Source of the DNA: a virus
Lineage: Duplodnaviria > Caudoviricetes
Direction: 5' to 3' (one strand)
DNA: 30,488 nt
Virus record (IMG/VR): IMGVR_UViG_3300008108_004664
Location: 1 to 30,488 of that record
Positions 28,767 through 30,488 of the stretch are shown piece after piece; position 1 is the stretch's first letter, and the number at the start of each line of letters is the position of its first letter. Both the position numbers and the translations under genes were made by a program. The notes beneath the pieces are model-generated. The model saw only the letters and a list, made by a program, of their open reading frames with translations. It did no database searches and had not been told where the DNA came from.

Positions 28767-29657
28767 TTATGATCTTCTGAGTTCTGTTAAGTAATCAGTA
28801 ACAGGATTAAAGTCCTGAGTGTTTGTGTTTACTGATTCTGTTACGATTGAGGTAGGAACTTTTGCATCTTTTGATACAGATTTAGTTCTTGCTTGTTCAG
28901 CAAGAACAGTTCTTTCTTCATTTTCGTCTTTCTCAAACATTTCCACAACATAATTGAAGTTTTCTTCAATATATTTTGGGGACTTGTCACATAAAATTTT
29001 TGTTAAATACTCTTTCTTGGCTAAAGCCATTCCCTTTGTTTTCTTTTCAAGAAGGAGTGATGAGTTTGCTTGTTCTACAAGAGTAGAAAGTTTTGCATTT
29101 TCATTATAAGATTCATTTAATTTTTCTTGAAGTTCGTTAATTTGACTATTTCCCTTTTTAAGAACTTCTTTAACATTTTCATTTAGTTGCTCAGGATCAA
29201 GATTAAGCATATTCTTGATTTTCTCCAATTGAGTTTTGGCATGTGTGTTTGCAACTGCTTCTTCCAATTGTTTAACTGGCATTTGTTTTTCTAAATAAAG
29301 ATCTAAATAATTGCTGATTTGGTCAATTAATTTATTACTAAATTGTTCAGCTTTTTCATTTAAAGAAGTTTTATAGAGATCAATAACTTCTTCAAGTTTT
29401 GCTGTATGGTTTTCATTGATTGCTTCAACTACTTGTTTTAATTTATTGGTGTGATCAAGATCCAATGCTTCAATTAAATTCTGAAGTTTTTCTGCATGTT
29501 CTTCGTCTTGCTTTAAAAGAGCAGATTCTAATTGCAAGGAAACTTTTGTTTCTGTTTTTTCATTTACTGCTTTTTCGAAAGCTTCTGCGATTGCTGAAGC
29601 TGTTTCTTCATTAAGAACGCTTTGATCCAAATTTTTAAGAATCGATGAGATATCCAT
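28767..29657 (-). CDS. gp22: Prohead core scaffolding protein, T4 gp22-like (296 aa)
   Basis: Located between protease and capsid genes; Glu/Lys-rich coiled coil; AFEKAVNEK and ISNYLDLYLE motifs; many (L/I/V)xE sites. Confidence 0.85.
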   Translation of the reverse strand: MDISSILKNLDQSVLNEETASAIAEAFEKAVNEKTETKVSLQLESALLKQDEEHAEKLQNLIEALDLDHTNKLKQVVEAINENHTAKLEEVIDLYKTSLNEKAEQFSNKLIDQISNYLDLYLEKQMPVKQLEEAVANTHAKTQLEKIKNMLNLDPEQLNENVKEVLKKGNSQINELQEKLNESYNENAKLSTLVEQANSSLLLEKKTKGMALAKKEYLTKILCDKSPKYIEENFNYVVEMFEKDENEERTVLAEQARTKSVSKDAKVPTSIVTESVNTNTQDFNPVTDYLTELRRS

Positions 29658-29669
29658 AGTTATATATTT

Positions 29670-29888
29670 TTATTTACCTTTCTTTGATACAGTTTTCTTG
29701 TTTTTTTTACAATCACTGCAATGTTTTTTGTTTTTTTTGCAATCATCGCAACAATAATTCTTGTCTTTTACAATTTTTTTAACTTTTTGTTTTACCTTTT
29801 CAGTAAGAATTTTTTGTAAGAGAATATCTGCTTCTGCATAATTTTTTTCACAGATATGTGTAATGAATTTTGAAATAGCTATCTTCAT
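29670..29888 (-). CDS. Small basic head-module protein with CxxC repeats (72 aa)
   Basis: Fills the gap between protease and scaffold; helical N-terminal half, Cys/Lys-rich tail. Confidence 0.75.
   Translation of the reverse strand: MKIAISKFITHICEKNYAEADILLQKILTEKVKQKVKKIVKDKNYCCDDCKKNKKHCSDCKKNKKTVSKKGK
29691..29750 (-). repeat. 30-nt tandem duplication encoding CDDCKKNKKH / CSDCKKNKKT
   Basis: Visible in both DNA and protein. Confidence 0.85.
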
Positions 29889-29896
29889 ATATTTAT

Positions 29897-30488
29897 TTAC
29901 AAACTTTTGAGTGCATTAATGAATGAAATGACTTGTTCTTTCAAATAAAGATCTTTATTGTTTCTTGGAAGGTTGCTGATATTTTTTTCAAATCTTTCAA
30001 ACAAAGGTTCAAAACTACCATTTTCTGAAAGAATCCATTGTTTTGATTCTAGAATACCATTTACGAACGCAGTAGGAACAGATGGATCAGCAACAACATC
30101 AACAGCAACAAGTCTAAAATCAGAAACTCTATTGTATTGACCATCAGAATCAAGTCTACCCAATGCTCTAGAAGAAACACCTAGTTTAACTCCATCAAGA
30201 ATAAGTGATCTAACAATTTGTCCCATAGGAGTTGAAAGAATTCTAGATTTTCCTTCAAAAATATTTCCGTTCTGTTTTAATTCTGTCACCATATGACAGA
30301 TTCTTTCTAAATTGATTTCAGGACTTTGTGGATGATTGAGTTCTCCTGTAGATCTTTTTCCCACAATCATCTCGTTAGAATATCTATCGACTTCTTTAAC
30401 CATTTCTTCTAATGGATAAATTCTTTTGTTTTTGTTAGCTTCATTAGCCATTAAAAATGGACCATGAATAAATAAATTAGAAGGAGAG
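29897..30488 (-). CDS. gp21: Prohead protease, T4 gp21 family; true start lies beyond the window edge
   Basis: GELNHP, GVSSRALG, DVVADPS motifs. The frame stays open upstream of the listed ATG (SPSNLFIHGPFL-MANEANKNKRIYP), matching the conserved L(Y/F)IxGxF..N.N.R.YP region. Confidence 0.95.
   Translation of the reverse strand, partial: SPSNLFIHGPFLMANEANKNKRIYPLEEMVKEVDRYSNEMIVGKRSTGELNHPQSPEINLERICHMVTELKQNGNIFEGKSRILSTPMGQIVRSLILDGVKLGVSSRALGRLDSDGQYNRVSDFRLVAVDVVADPSVPTAFVNGILESKQWILSENGSFEPLFERFEKNISNLPRNNKDLYLKEQVISFINALKSL

Noticed and set aside
652-30140. Short ORFs in the track lying antisense to or nested in long genes (e.g. 652..939, 1586..1807, 3450..3680, 17955..18206, 19263..19808, 24178..24402, 26699..26926, 27622..27837, 29958..30140)
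   Set aside because: They overlap well-supported genes and have the Phe/Ile/Leu/Ser-rich composition typical of shadow frames in AT-rich DNA; no motifs.
1-30488. Stop-codon reassignment (none of the called genes ends in TAG)
   Set aside because: All genes, including 3-4.6 kb ones, are intact in the standard code with near-complete coding density; TAG scarcity is expected at this AT content.
1-30488. tRNA, structured ncRNA or CRISPR array
   Set aside because: All intergenic gaps are under about 90 nt and AT-rich, with no cloverleaf or spaced direct repeats seen.

Overview
AT-rich segment of a large T4-like (myovirus, probably jumbo) bacteriophage genome, almost all morphogenesis genes on the minus strand. 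From right to left: head module (gp21-type prohead protease cut by the window edge, a small Cys/Lys-rich protein, gp22-type scaffold, gp23 major capsid protein); an antisense free-standing endonuclease whose 3' end collides with the capsid gene; a mixed block (small unknown ORF, probable internal head protein, gp16-like small terminase, gp44-like clamp loader, unknown 176 aa ORF); then a long baseplate/fibre operon (gp25-like, gp6-like, gp7-like, several very large beta-rich proteins) ending in three paralogous small proteins. No RNA genes, CRISPR array or recoding signal were seen. The most unusual features are (i) the three paralogues, two of which carry unrelated Cys-rich inserts on a shared scaffold, a candidate disulfide- or metal-stabilised variable receptor-binding system; (ii) the 22-nt tail-to-tail capsid/endonuclease overlap, which looks like a deletion scar; (iii) a split LamG domain hosting a propeller; and (iv) two promoter classes with near-leaderless transcripts. 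All protein calls are motif recognition by eye; no database search was run.
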